64,000 nt of DNA from Chitinophaga pinensis (GCA_945890895.1 CAMDDG010000002.1:40048-104047); one strand, 5' to 3'; shown: positions 51,401-61,009, numbered from the stretch's first letter. Translations and numbers: made by a program. Notes: a model not told the origin generated them from the letters alone.

Positions 51401-52149
51401 GTTGAAACAGAATCATAATGAAAGGTTAATTCGAATGCATTGGTTTCAGTACCAGTTGCATTGGTTGTTGTAAACCAATGATTCAAAACCGAAATATTTC
51501 GAGTTGTTACAGGTAGACTTGCCGAAAACGAAGGCGCAGAGGGTATAAATTGTACATAAAACCATCGATCGGGCACAATCGTTTTATTAAACCCCTCTAA
51601 ATCAACTGGACGATAATTACTTCCCACACCCACTGGCCAACGAAATGTTTTCGGTGTATTTCCAGTATGATGCATATAAAAACCAGGCTCTACAAAACTA
51701 CTTTTATTTCCTCCGGTAACTTTGGCATTCGTTAATGCATGCAGTTCTACGTTAGCTGTAGTAACAGCACAAATACCCTGCCATAATCCTAATGAATCCA
51801 CTATTTCCAACTTACTACCCGCACTTCCGTTTAAAGTAAGCTTCTTGGATGCACCTATCATGCGAATAGCATTCACCGAAACGGTACCTGAAAGAGTGAA
51901 TTTCACCGTTTGAGAAATAGCAGCTATTTCTGGGTATGAGCCCGATGAAATCACTATTTCATCCGTTGTTCCTGTTAAAGAACTCAATGCTTTGCTAATG
52001 GTTTTAAATGGCGCACCTGCAGATTGCCCATTATTGGTCACATCATTTCCGTTAGTTGCAACATACCAAGTTTGTTGAGCTTGAATCAAGCTAGGGCCAA
52101 AAATGAATAGTATGAAGGTGAAAATGTATTGTAGAATTCTATTTCCCAT
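48490..52149 (-). CDS. Large surface protein with PKD-like repeats and a T9SS type B C-terminal sorting domain
   Basis: Signal peptide. Several PKD-like units (YQWTFGDE...HIYNHAGTYTLKL; WNFGDS..., WDFGNGD...). The C-terminus IPNIITPNGDQQNQTW...DRQGKRVWES...WSGQDQNGNEVPEGVYFYYM matches the type B CTD pattern. Confidence 0.85.
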   Translation of the reverse strand: MGNRILQYIFTFILFIFGPSLIQAQQTWYVATNGNDVTNNGQSAGAPFKTISKALSSLTGTTDEIVISSGSYPEIAAISQTVKFTLSGTVSVNAIRMIGASKKLTLNGSAGSKLEIVDSLGLWQGICAVTTANVELHALTNAKVTGGNKSSFVEPGFYMHHTGNTPKTFRWPVGVGSNYRPVDLEGFNKTIVPDRWFYVQFIPSAPSFSASLPVTTRNISVLNHWFTTTNATGTETNAFELTFHYDSVSTNDGVYDHTKLQLLQNLGGTTPPAWTIVKQGGTASRKGTITSDAVNTPSLGYFVLGNRKGSTTSIGGVNTLGFTDPMASFDINMFKACVGDTVKFTNKSQNASNVVYQWTFGDEAYTGTASGKTIPSAANPGPNPWHIYNHAGTYTLKLKITNGSNVSDEANLVFTVGVTPKLTGFNGVEVFRYPLNGKDTFDDLTICQEERFWMIDNFETSLLGSRNPNNDVVVQTVWKIQGLTPEPTTTIPNPVASMDTFKYTLLLAGSYKVVATRTTNRGCVAADVRDIIIYGKPVPSIDASDQCETPPNSLLRVNNMTANPYPGATNAPLKWMWNYEGLRTPWQTTKKDWVFQNAHPGPNRVFLIVETINGCIDSMPYRDVMIFPKPFPVIRLNDTCDNETMYADASASVVSFGGTIDRHLWDFNWVPPGGSGLIDSNKITSFKYPKAGKYKIQLRVMTTDLCWATVYRDVIISPKPSPVWDVQQVCFGDSTSLRRQIQRYPHRDSMLYFWFLNNKYISDDTNFKYLLPNPGAYTLKLVGQSLAGCEDSMVSTIQSYYNPQPTMGLDLNVAGNDTNQCFNGHNYSFVYNYGVDVYDTIKFSRWNFGDSVFEQPAISTTKTYLKPDTFNVSLYVENIHGCNDSAVQQIVVHPSPKAGFDYSGKCMPDSVSFTDTLSLSERPIVLRTWDFGNGDLDTNQTVLKSLYTDKGPWDVKYTIFTENGCADSIVKTLDTLADYPNVSWQLVSGSMPLCKGDSAFFRISGGDSIYWYDDGDTSSYKGLSKTGNYRFEVINGGVCKGFDSVQVYAYQAADIKAYSDTIIYRGRQAKLRVDKAMINIRWFPGDYFEDSTLALVTTKRLTDSMTFYVSALDSNGCYDIDSVVVQIIDPPLVKIPNIITPNGDQQNQTWNLIDIPDIHLYDIVISDRQGKRVWESTNYQHDWSGQDQNGNEVPEGVYFYYMKNRYTKEVFKGYIQLVR

Positions 52150-52196
52150 GTATTTATGATAAAGTGCTATCCTTGAATAGACGTGAATTTACACTA

Positions 52197-52267
52197 TTTG
52201 TGCGAATCAACCAAAAAGATGAGATAGCCGTGACAAACAAACTCATCTTTTTAGCAATTCGCACAAA
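52197..52267 (-). terminator. Two-tier 22-bp hairpin (candidate terminator or leader structure)
   Basis: TTTGTGCGAAT (52197-52207) pairs with ATTCGCACAAA (52257-52267). AAAAAGATGAG (52213-52223) pairs with CTCATCTTTTT (52242-52252). The internal loop is 5/4 nt and the apical loop is 18 nt. Confidence 0.5.
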
Positions 52268-52286
52268 TTATTACTAATCAATTGGT

Positions 52287-52691
52287 TTAAAATGGCAAGT
52301 CGTCGTCAGAACTACCCGAAGTTGCGAAAGGATCATTGATCACTTCTCCTGTATTCGCGAATGGGTCTGTTGCATTAGATGAGGACATGGAATCCATACC
52401 CGAATTCATGGATGCACCGCTTTGTTGACCTGGGCGTTCTACTTTCCAAGCTCGAACTTCCGTGTACCAACGTTGATTGTATTCACGACTTTCTAAATCA
52501 ACACCGATATTAATAAATTCACCCATTTGGACGTTGTGAGTTGCAATTTTTGCACCCCAAATAGAAAAACACACTTTTTTAGGGTATTGCCCTTGTGTTT
52601 CTACTACATATTCTTGCTTTTCCCAAGTACCGTTTTTGCCCTCACCTGTTTGCTTAGGCAGTATTTGAATAACTTTTCCAGATAACTCCAT
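52287..52691 (-). CDS. DUF3127-domain protein (OB-fold-like) with a low-complexity tail
   Basis: MELSGKVIQILPKQTGEGKNGTWEKQEYVVET...KKVCFSIWG is characteristic of DUF3127. The tail is Ser/Asp-rich and ends DDDLPF, which resembles an SSB tail. Confidence 0.75.
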   Translation of the reverse strand: MELSGKVIQILPKQTGEGKNGTWEKQEYVVETQGQYPKKVCFSIWGAKIATHNVQMGEFINIGVDLESREYNQRWYTEVRAWKVERPGQQSGASMNSGMDSMSSSNATDPFANTGEVINDPFATSGSSDDDLPF

Positions 52692-52695
52692 CGAA

Positions 52696-52703
52696 CAAAA
52701 ATA
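52696..52703 (-). promoter_or_regulatory. Candidate -7 box TATTTTTG, 4 nt upstream of the DUF3127 ATG
   Basis: CAAAAATA on the plus strand. Confidence 0.45.
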
Positions 52704-52722
52704 AGAATTAACTCTTAAAATA

Positions 52723-54975
52723 TCACATTCCGCTTTGTCCGTTTTCTTGTTTTAGGTCTTCGTTTTTAATTTTTAATTCACGCGGATTCTTCATTTCAGA
52801 TTCTACCTTGCCGAATTTATAATCAAAATTCACTCGAACACCCCAAACGTTAAGGTTTCGATCTTGATTAAAGGTAAATCCATTTCCTACATTTTTCGTT
52901 TTCAAATTGATAACTGGAGTAAATGGATTATCTAAACCAAAACCCAATCCCCACTTATCTTTATTGTAACGGCGTTTAATCCCAATGGTGTGAAACAACC
53001 AGTTCTGAGTGTATCCCTGAAGTGAAAAAGTTGGAGCATTAACACGACCAAATGCTTCGATTGCCCATTTTTCGTTGATGTTATAATTGGCCCTCAATCC
53101 CATACTGTACATCCACCCCTTTGCAGAAACATCTTTAACCGCACCTGTATCAACCGTACTTGAAATTTCTACATAGCTTAACCCACCATTCAAAAACACA
53201 CCCCAATCTTTACCTTTAATATTCATATTTAAATCGAATCCATTGTTGCGATTTTTACCAATATTTCCATAAGTCGTTACATATACACGATTCTCATTTA
53301 CGGTTCTATATGTCTCAATAGCATTATCTACACGTTTATGAAAAAAGTTTATACCGAATCCTCCTACTTTGGTGTAATTACCGAAAGATAATTCAAAATT
53401 ATCACCAATCTCCGGCTCCAAATACGGATTTCCTTGTTGAATGTTCAAAGGATCACTCAAATTTGTATACGGATTTAAATAAAACAAACTGGGTCTTTGA
53501 ATTCTTCGATTGTAATTGAAGCGTACAAATCCAGCCATACCAAACTTCCGAGATATTAAAAAAGATGGCACTAAATTGGCATAAGGCTGTCCGTTAAATT
53601 TAGTATTATCCGGCTTGGTCAATGCCCCTCCAAACTCGGTAAACTCATACCGCGCTCCAACACGAACTGAATAATACTTTAAAAAATTATACCCCAATTG
53701 AGTATAAACAGCGTAAACGTTTTGATAATATCTGAATTCATTATTACGCGCTTCAATTGCACGGTAATCTTGATCACCATAATTAAAGCTATCAAAGGTG
53801 TAATCGGAAGTAACCAAACGACCGATAAACTTAGCGCCTGACTCCCAAGTTGTATTCGCATTCAAAGGTTCTATCCAATCCATTTGCAATGAATTTTCAA
53901 TATTTATACCCAAATTGTGACTGCGTTCTTTCCAGAATGAAACGCTCGAATTATTCAAACGATCCGCCCAGTAATCATCCAAAGAATTTCCTTGAGTACT
54001 TAATCCAGAAACTGAAAATTCCCTACCTTTCTTTTTTGATTGATATCGGTAATCAAAACCTACATCATATCCATATCCATTATTCCATCTATCCGTTTTC
54101 TGCGACCAAAGAAAAGCGAGTGAACTATCTATTGGACCGAGTTTCGTATTCCAATTATTATAGGAATTTCTCAATCTACCGTTACCAGAAACCGTAAAGA
54201 TCAACGATTGTCGATCGCTAATTTGATAGTCTAAGCCAACCGTTAATCGTGGTCCCCCACCCCAATTGGTTTGATCACTCACTTGGAGCATTCTAAACGT
54301 TTCCCCAGAAGCATCTGTATTGATCCGTTCGGTAATTTCATCTCCCCAACTTCTCCAAAAATGACTTCCCAAATTAACGGAAACATTCGTTTTCCCTTTT
54401 TGATAGGAGTATTGTCCACCCAAATGTGCAGAACGTGTACCCAACCCCATGCGAACATTCCCTGTACTCCCTTGTAATTTTTTATTTTTCGTGATGATAT
54501 TAATAATACCACCTGAACCTTCTGCATCGTATTTACTTGAAGGATTGGTAATTACCTCAATTTTTTCAATATCATCTGCCGATAATGAACGCAACGCATC
54601 GGCTGGATTACCAGTAAGTAATCCCGAAGGTCTGCCATTCACTAAAAACCGAACATTTCGATTGCCCCGCATACTTACATTTCCATCCATATCCACTTCC
54701 ACCATAGGCACCTTGGAAAGTAAATCGCTGGCGGAAGCACCTTTGCTGGTAACATCTTCTGCGGCGTTATACACCAATTTATCTGCTTGATTTTCAATCA
54801 AATTCTTTTGAACACGAATTTCAACAGCTTCAATTTTTTCAGATGAATCCAATTTTTTTCTTTCGGGGGATGTTGAATCTGCCGCATTTTTAGTCTGTCC
54901 AAATGCCGATAAAGAACTCATCAAACCTAAAAACACAAAAACTCGTATATTTCTATTTGGCACAATTATATTCAT
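52723..54975 (-). CDS. TonB-dependent receptor / outer membrane beta-barrel family protein
   Basis: Signal peptide. Plug motifs (LLSKVPMVEVDMDGNVSMRGN, VRFLVNGRP, IEKIEVITNPSSKYDAEGSGGIINIITK). A long beta-barrel. C-terminal ...VRVNFDYKFG. Confidence 0.85.
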   Translation of the reverse strand: MNIIVPNRNIRVFVFLGLMSSLSAFGQTKNAADSTSPERKKLDSSEKIEAVEIRVQKNLIENQADKLVYNAAEDVTSKGASASDLLSKVPMVEVDMDGNVSMRGNRNVRFLVNGRPSGLLTGNPADALRSLSADDIEKIEVITNPSSKYDAEGSGGIINIITKNKKLQGSTGNVRMGLGTRSAHLGGQYSYQKGKTNVSVNLGSHFWRSWGDEITERINTDASGETFRMLQVSDQTNWGGGPRLTVGLDYQISDRQSLIFTVSGNGRLRNSYNNWNTKLGPIDSSLAFLWSQKTDRWNNGYGYDVGFDYRYQSKKKGREFSVSGLSTQGNSLDDYWADRLNNSSVSFWKERSHNLGINIENSLQMDWIEPLNANTTWESGAKFIGRLVTSDYTFDSFNYGDQDYRAIEARNNEFRYYQNVYAVYTQLGYNFLKYYSVRVGARYEFTEFGGALTKPDNTKFNGQPYANLVPSFLISRKFGMAGFVRFNYNRRIQRPSLFYLNPYTNLSDPLNIQQGNPYLEPEIGDNFELSFGNYTKVGGFGINFFHKRVDNAIETYRTVNENRVYVTTYGNIGKNRNNGFDLNMNIKGKDWGVFLNGGLSYVEISSTVDTGAVKDVSAKGWMYSMGLRANYNINEKWAIEAFGRVNAPTFSLQGYTQNWLFHTIGIKRRYNKDKWGLGFGLDNPFTPVINLKTKNVGNGFTFNQDRNLNVWGVRVNFDYKFGKVESEMKNPRELKIKNEDLKQENGQSGM
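54861..54872 (+). repeat. Copy of the 12-mer core TTTCGGGGGATG (inside the TonB-dependent receptor gene, antisense)
   Basis: Exact 12-mer, preceded by C rather than T. It encodes TSPER on the gene strand. Confidence 0.85.
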
Positions 54976-55153
54976 TACTTTTATTCTATTTATTTTTTAC
55001 ACTATTCTAACTGCCTCAAATCAATTATAACTGAGGGTAATATATACTTTTCTTATCCTATTTTTTTGTTTGATTCACAGTAGATATTTTTAACTCAACG
55101 GTAATTACTCAAAAGCTCTCTCTATTATTTTTGTTACAACACCTATATTTTTG

Positions 55154-56422
55154 TTAAACACTTCTCATAGCCTCTACAGGACTCATCTTCGCTGCGGACT
55201 GAGCGGGTAAAAATCCAGCTAATAATCCCACAACAAATGATGTAATTACTCCCATATAAATATCTTCAAGTCCTAAACTTAATTCTACACCATTACCCAT
55301 AGATTGTTTTGCAAAAACATCCAAAACCAATAATAAAAGCCAAACAAAAATCAATCCTATACCGCCTCCAGCAATAGAAAGCCAAACTGATTCGAGTAAA
55401 AACTGCGTCCTTATAAACCAGTTTTTAGCCCCTAAACTCTTTTGAATTCCTATTTCCCTGGTTCGCTCTTTTACCGAAACGAACATTATGTTAGCAACAC
55501 CAAAACTACCAACCAACATCGCAAAACCACCAATAACAATACCTATTTTTTGAATCTGACCAAACATACCGGAAATTGCATCCGTAATCATGGTCATTTG
55601 ATTCACTGAAAAGTTATTCTCTTGGTTGGGCTTAAGTTTTCTAAACTGCCTCATCAATCGATTCACTTCAATTTTCAAATCGTCTAATTTTGCACCTTTA
55701 GCCGATTTTACCATAATTTGAACTTCGTTAGAATACCGATAAGGCATAATATTTAAAGCCCATTTGGACGGAATAAAAACAGCATCATCCACCGAACTTC
55801 CCATCATATTACTGCCTTGATATTCACAAATACCCACAACAGTAGCTACAAAACTACCAATTCGTACTTGTTTACCTAAAGCAGTTGAACCGGGGAATAG
55901 ATTTCGTGCAACATCATTTCCCAAAATCACTACAGCCCTTCCCGCAGAACTCTCATCCCCCGAAAAATACCTTCCCTCAGCAACAGGAACATCTTGAACT
56001 TGATTGTAATCGTGTGAAATGCTTCGAATATTGGCTGATTTAACTGCTTCTTTACCTGCTGAGATGTCGCGATTAAAATTGTAAGTGAACGCAATGGAAG
56101 AAACCAAAGTTGGATCCAATCTTCTACTCAAGAATTCTGCTTCTTCCGGTGAAGATTCAGGACGTTTCAAAAAATTCCACCACGGATAATTCTCCCCAAA
56201 ATCGTCCCACGACCATTTTTGCACAAACAATACATCCGAACCATACTTAGAGAACTGGTTATTCAAGCTCTTTTCTAACGAATGCACCAACGCATACACT
56301 GAAACCACGCAAAATATACCAATAGTTATGCCCAAAACAGACAACGCACTTCTCAGTTTATTATTGACTAATGCCATAAAAGACATTTTCAACGCTTCGC
56401 CGTATACAGGAAAAATGCGCAT
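55154..56422 (-). CDS. ABC transporter permease (MacB/FtsX family)
   Basis: MacB-like periplasmic domain plus a C-terminal FtsX domain (VSVKERTREIGIQKSLGAKN). ATG at 56422 is preferred over the TTG at 56446 because a TAAATTTG -7 box lies at 56428-56435. Confidence 0.85.
   Translation of the reverse strand: MRIFPVYGEALKMSFMALVNNKLRSALSVLGITIGIFCVVSVYALVHSLEKSLNNQFSKYGSDVLFVQKWSWDDFGENYPWWNFLKRPESSPEEAEFLSRRLDPTLVSSIAFTYNFNRDISAGKEAVKSANIRSISHDYNQVQDVPVAEGRYFSGDESSAGRAVVILGNDVARNLFPGSTALGKQVRIGSFVATVVGICEYQGSNMMGSSVDDAVFIPSKWALNIMPYRYSNEVQIMVKSAKGAKLDDLKIEVNRLMRQFRKLKPNQENNFSVNQMTMITDAISGMFGQIQKIGIVIGGFAMLVGSFGVANIMFVSVKERTREIGIQKSLGAKNWFIRTQFLLESVWLSIAGGGIGLIFVWLLLLVLDVFAKQSMGNGVELSLGLEDIYMGVITSFVVGLLAGFLPAQSAAKMSPVEAMRSV
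55954..55966 (-). repeat. Copy of the 13-mer TTTTCGGGGGATG (inside the ABC permease gene, sense)
   Basis: CATCCCCCGAAAA on the plus strand. It encodes FSGD on the gene strand. Confidence 0.85.
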
Positions 56423-56427
56423 AAACA

Positions 56428-56435
56428 CAAATTTA
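56428..56435 (-). promoter_or_regulatory. Candidate -7 box TAAATTTG, 5 nt upstream of the ABC permease ATG (56422)
   Basis: CAAATTTA on the plus strand. Confidence 0.45.
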
Positions 56436-56512
56436 CAAATTACCAAAGGAAAGATCGTTGTTCAAACAACAACTTTTCGATAAGCGTACGATAAATACCA
56501 ATGGATTCCATT

Positions 56513-59500
56513 TTACTTCCCTGCGGTTGTATCGCGAGATTTTCGCTTAAACGTATCAAACTCACGTCGATACAATATACCCGTACCTAGAGTATTGCCG
56601 GATACACCATTGGTGGTTGTGGTATTGTTATTTTGAAGAATTAAATTATTTGAGCGTGAAAATGCTTTTAACCTCCAATTTTCATCACGTGTTTTATATT
56701 CTAAATTAAAATTAATTGGAACGGCCACGCTGTTTACGAGAACTGCCACGGTCGGATCGTAATTCAGATCCAACCGTAAACGATCGGATAAAAACCATTC
56801 GCTGTTAACAAATAATTGAGTATTACTGCTACCACTTGCATTTCGAACATCATCGAGATTCACCTGAATTCGAGTTGGGATTCCATATTTGGAAAACAAG
56901 TCATTCACCACCGAGCTTGCCAAAGTAGAAACGCTATTACCGGCAAAACCCGCACTACTGAATGAGGAGCTTGGAGCAGCAGAAGCGGCAGCGAATGAGG
57001 GCGGTAAAAAATTCCCAAACAGCAAAAGCGCAATGGATTGTCGCATCGTTTCATCTCTATCTAATCGGATTCGTTGAATTACGGAATTCACCTCTGCTGC
57101 AGCCGTACCCGAAGTTGTGGCTAAATCAGGAGCTTGAATATCAAAACCGATGTTTGGACCGAATAAGTTGCCCGTCATATACAAAGTAGAAACGAACCGA
57201 GTGGCAGGATAACTGCTACCTGAAGATCCTGCACTAATCATTAGAGTGGAAGGCGATATTTTCTTTTCAAAAGAACCACTTAAATCTACTTTAGCATTAA
57301 ATGGATCTCCTTGCCACGTTATATTTCCTCCCTTGTTTACATTAATTTTCTTTAACAAATTGATACCTGGTAGGGAAAAAGCATATTCACCCGACTCAAT
57401 ATTGTATCGTCCGAAAAGATAAATTTTCTCATCGCGATCGTAAATCAAACGCATGGCGCCATCACCAAATCCTTTGATAATATCACCCAATTTTTTATCA
57501 ATTACAAACTGTACTTCGGCATCATTCGTAGCTTGAACATCCAAAGTAATTTTGCCTAGGGCATCATCTTCAGCTTCGGATTTTTTTGCTGTTTTTTTTG
57601 ATTTATCTGTTTTAGAAACAAATGATATTGAACCTGAAACATAATTGGATGAAACTTGAGGGTATTGAATCGCCAACTTAGTTTTCTTCCGAGTTTTCAG
57701 CGCTATATCCATATCGATTTCGGAAAATAAACCATAAATATGTGCATTACCATCGGCATAAGCCGTACCATAAAACAAATCATTCATTTGCTCCGTGGTC
57801 TGTAAAACTTTCATGTTTTTTAAGCTATCTAACTTCAAATCCAAAGCAAAATCAGAAAAATTTTCATGGGTCAATGCTAAATCAATCAATCCAAAATTCT
57901 TTTTGGTATCGTCATAAAACTTAATCGGGCGCATGGTAAATAAACCTTGATCGGTTAATTTAAAATTACCCGACATACTGTATTCTGTGCCCAAATAATC
58001 TACACCCAATCGAGCACCATTTACAGTAATCAATCCTACCAATTTAGGTTTCCGCGTAGTTCCAGTAATTCGAATGTTGCCTCCAATATTTCCCGACTTG
58101 AAGGTTACGATTTCCGTTAATAACGGTTGCAAAATATTGAGTTTTGATTGCATGGGGATTACTCCTAACACATCCAACTCGGCATCACTTCCTTCTTTTA
58201 ATTGTACAAACCCCTTAAAATTGGTGCGCTCTAGCGGTCCATTTCTAAAGTTGGCCAATACTTTTAACTGACCAGGTGTTGTTGTTTCCTCCACTGCCAA
58301 GCCAAGCGCCCCATAATCGAATCCTAAATATTTCAAACGATTAACATCTAAATTCCCCAAAAAATGAAAATCAGAAAGAACAGAACTTATTTTTAAATTC
58401 CCATTTACCTTGAAACTGAGACTATCAAAGGTACCTTCTGGAAAAAATGGTTTCAATACTTTTTGGGAAAGGTTACTGAATTCAATTTTTAATGTGTCGC
58501 GTGCGTTATCGGAAACGTCGCCTTTCAATTCCAAATAGTGACGATCATCTGCCAAGAAGAAATCGTTCAAGTGCCAATGATCTTCATTAAAATCAATACT
58601 CGCATGATCGTCTAATTTCCAGGTTTGATCATAAATTTTCAGTACCGTTTTCTTAAAATCTAAGTTAGCGGTTTTTTCAGAAATCGAACCATTACCACCC
58701 AATTTCAATCCGTATCTATCCAATTTATCGTGCAAAACGGAAGAAATGGTGTATCCACCGTTGGTAATTTCAAATGCAAATCCCAATGTATCGTAAACGG
58801 TATTTTCAACCAAAACGTAATTGGTAGTAAATTTTGATTTTAACAATCCATTAGCAGTGGGTTTTTGTATTGAAACTACTGCACGTTCCATGTAAGTTCG
58901 ACCGTATTCTATAGACATAGGTCCAATTTTCAAGTCACATATATTGTTAGAAGCGTAATAATTACCACGGATTCCAACAGGTCCCAAATACAAACCAGGA
59001 ACAATGAAAGCTTCAATCCAAGAAGTTTGAGTTATGTACAAATCAATTTCAATGGAATCCAATATGGGTTGATCGATCTGTTTAAACCTTTCGGGAGCAA
59101 CATTATGTGCGAAATGTTGAAACCATTGCGGAGTATTGGTCAACTTCCAAGGACCTTTTACAGTTCCGTCAACCCAATCACCTCTAAACTCAAGTAAAGC
59201 ATTATTGGGTCGATTAATGGCTTGAAAACGCAATTGAAATTCATCTTTCCCACGTAGCAACCTAAAATCCGATAGACTCACATTACCCGTTAAATCATCT
59301 AAGTTCCAGCCTTGCAAATTGGCTGAATAATTTCCACCAAAATTCAAATTTACCGTATCGAAACCCAGCTGTTTTAGATCTACTTTATTTACTTTACCCG
59401 ATAAATTCCAATGAGGTTGATCCGAAAACAATTGCTCAAATTCCAAGTCGGAGTTCAACTTAAATACCGGATCATCCGCAATCAGACTTGCTGACAAATT

Positions 59501-60976
59501 TCCGTTATCTAAACTTCCAACTGCTTGAATTTTATTTACAAATCGATCATTGATTAAAGCTTGATTCAATCTAATATCAAAATCGGAAACAGCAGATTCA
59601 TCAAAATTATATCCTTCGGCTTTAACTTCGGCATCAATAGATTTAAAGGCTTTAAAATTGTCACTAAATACCCCAGGATTAAATTGCTTAACCAAACCGT
59701 GAGCTTTGTAAGCTAAACTGTCGTCCAATCGTTTGTGATCAATAAAAAAATGCCCATCATACGTACCTAAAGCAGTTTGACATTCGCCTTTAAAGTCAAC
59801 CGAAGTCATTGGAATATGAAGAAATGCATTAATTAATGCATCCCCAAATGGCAGCAACGAGGGAGTAAATGATTCTACTTCAAGTATTTTTTGGATATCT
59901 GATTGTTTAAAAACACTTTCGGTAAGTAACACTTCGTTGATCATTTGTTCGGTATGCACCACATCGAAAATATCCACTTCTGCATTCAAACGCGAACCCA
60001 TGGGAGTTGTAATTCTACAATCTCTTGATTTCAAATGCATTAGGGGGCCTTTGATGTGTAATTTGGCATAGATGTCAATGGAATGATCTTTCAACCAGGG
60101 GATAAAGTAGCCTACATCGGAAAGTCGAATTTTACTTTGTTCTACTCCGATAGCGTATATTACTTCTTCGTAATGATTGTTGATGCTTCCGGGTTTGGAC
60201 CAATCCATGGAAAAAGCTCCTTTGATTTGGGTTGATCCTGATTGTAAATCCAACGGTTTCAACTTTAAAATTCCTCCCTTTATTGCAAGAATTCCATGAA
60301 GGGAATTTACCGGAAAACCCGATCGTTCTTGGGCTTCAAGATGATTTATATCTAACTCAAATCCCTTTGCATCGGAAATTTCACCCGAAGAGATTTCCGC
60401 ATTCAAACTGGAAAATCGTATATAATCAGGGTTAAATTCGCCCTTAACATTGCTTGTTAATGGTGATTTTCCATAAAAATAGCAAAATTCCGACTCAATG
60501 AGGTTAATATTCGACAAAAACACATCCCACGATTTACCTGTAGTTGGCGTTGTATGTTGAGTAAAATACTCTTCAATAAATTCGTAATTGAGTTTGTTTT
60601 CTCCAGAGTATTCTCCCATTTTTACCAGCAACTTGTAGAAATCCAAGTCACTTATCAACATTTTTTTATTTGAAACGGATGCTTCTTGAATTCTAAAATC
60701 CAATGTTTTTGAGTATAAAATCGTGTCTGAGTGTTTATCGTAAACACATATCGATTCCAAATGGAAATTTCTTAAAAAGTCTACCTCAACACCGCCAATC
60801 TCAATTTTTGTTCCCAGTTCTTTTGCCAATTCTCGGGCTAAATATTGGGTAACTTTGGTTTGTACAATTTTGTTACGGGTAAGTACTGCCAAAACACTAG
60901 AAAGAAATACCACGATCAGCAGAGATCGTAATATAAACTTTCGTAATTTTGAGCCTCGTCTTTTCAAATCTATCAA
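56513..60976 (-). CDS. tamB: Translocation/assembly module protein TamB (DUF490-containing)
   Basis: 1487 aa. N-terminal TM anchor (FILRSLLIVVFLSSVLAVL), a long beta-rich body and a C-terminal DUF490-like region (GGNITWQGDPFNAKVDLSG...). The only available start codons are TTG (60976 or 60967). Confidence 0.8.
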   Translation of the reverse strand: MIDLKRRGSKLRKFILRSLLIVVFLSSVLAVLTRNKIVQTKVTQYLARELAKELGTKIEIGGVEVDFLRNFHLESICVYDKHSDTILYSKTLDFRIQEASVSNKKMLISDLDFYKLLVKMGEYSGENKLNYEFIEEYFTQHTTPTTGKSWDVFLSNINLIESEFCYFYGKSPLTSNVKGEFNPDYIRFSSLNAEISSGEISDAKGFELDINHLEAQERSGFPVNSLHGILAIKGGILKLKPLDLQSGSTQIKGAFSMDWSKPGSINNHYEEVIYAIGVEQSKIRLSDVGYFIPWLKDHSIDIYAKLHIKGPLMHLKSRDCRITTPMGSRLNAEVDIFDVVHTEQMINEVLLTESVFKQSDIQKILEVESFTPSLLPFGDALINAFLHIPMTSVDFKGECQTALGTYDGHFFIDHKRLDDSLAYKAHGLVKQFNPGVFSDNFKAFKSIDAEVKAEGYNFDESAVSDFDIRLNQALINDRFVNKIQAVGSLDNGNLSASLIADDPVFKLNSDLEFEQLFSDQPHWNLSGKVNKVDLKQLGFDTVNLNFGGNYSANLQGWNLDDLTGNVSLSDFRLLRGKDEFQLRFQAINRPNNALLEFRGDWVDGTVKGPWKLTNTPQWFQHFAHNVAPERFKQIDQPILDSIEIDLYITQTSWIEAFIVPGLYLGPVGIRGNYYASNNICDLKIGPMSIEYGRTYMERAVVSIQKPTANGLLKSKFTTNYVLVENTVYDTLGFAFEITNGGYTISSVLHDKLDRYGLKLGGNGSISEKTANLDFKKTVLKIYDQTWKLDDHASIDFNEDHWHLNDFFLADDRHYLELKGDVSDNARDTLKIEFSNLSQKVLKPFFPEGTFDSLSFKVNGNLKISSVLSDFHFLGNLDVNRLKYLGFDYGALGLAVEETTTPGQLKVLANFRNGPLERTNFKGFVQLKEGSDAELDVLGVIPMQSKLNILQPLLTEIVTFKSGNIGGNIRITGTTRKPKLVGLITVNGARLGVDYLGTEYSMSGNFKLTDQGLFTMRPIKFYDDTKKNFGLIDLALTHENFSDFALDLKLDSLKNMKVLQTTEQMNDLFYGTAYADGNAHIYGLFSEIDMDIALKTRKKTKLAIQYPQVSSNYVSGSISFVSKTDKSKKTAKKSEAEDDALGKITLDVQATNDAEVQFVIDKKLGDIIKGFGDGAMRLIYDRDEKIYLFGRYNIESGEYAFSLPGINLLKKINVNKGGNITWQGDPFNAKVDLSGSFEKKISPSTLMISAGSSGSSYPATRFVSTLYMTGNLFGPNIGFDIQAPDLATTSGTAAAEVNSVIQRIRLDRDETMRQSIALLLFGNFLPPSFAAASAAPSSSFSSAGFAGNSVSTLASSVVNDLFSKYGIPTRIQVNLDDVRNASGSSNTQLFVNSEWFLSDRLRLDLNYDPTVAVLVNSVAVPINFNLEYKTRDENWRLKAFSRSNNLILQNNNTTTTNGVSGNTLGTGILYRREFDTFKRKSRDTTAGK

Positions 60977-61009
60977 AGTTAATATTTACAAAATTTGGGC
61001 AATCCACCA

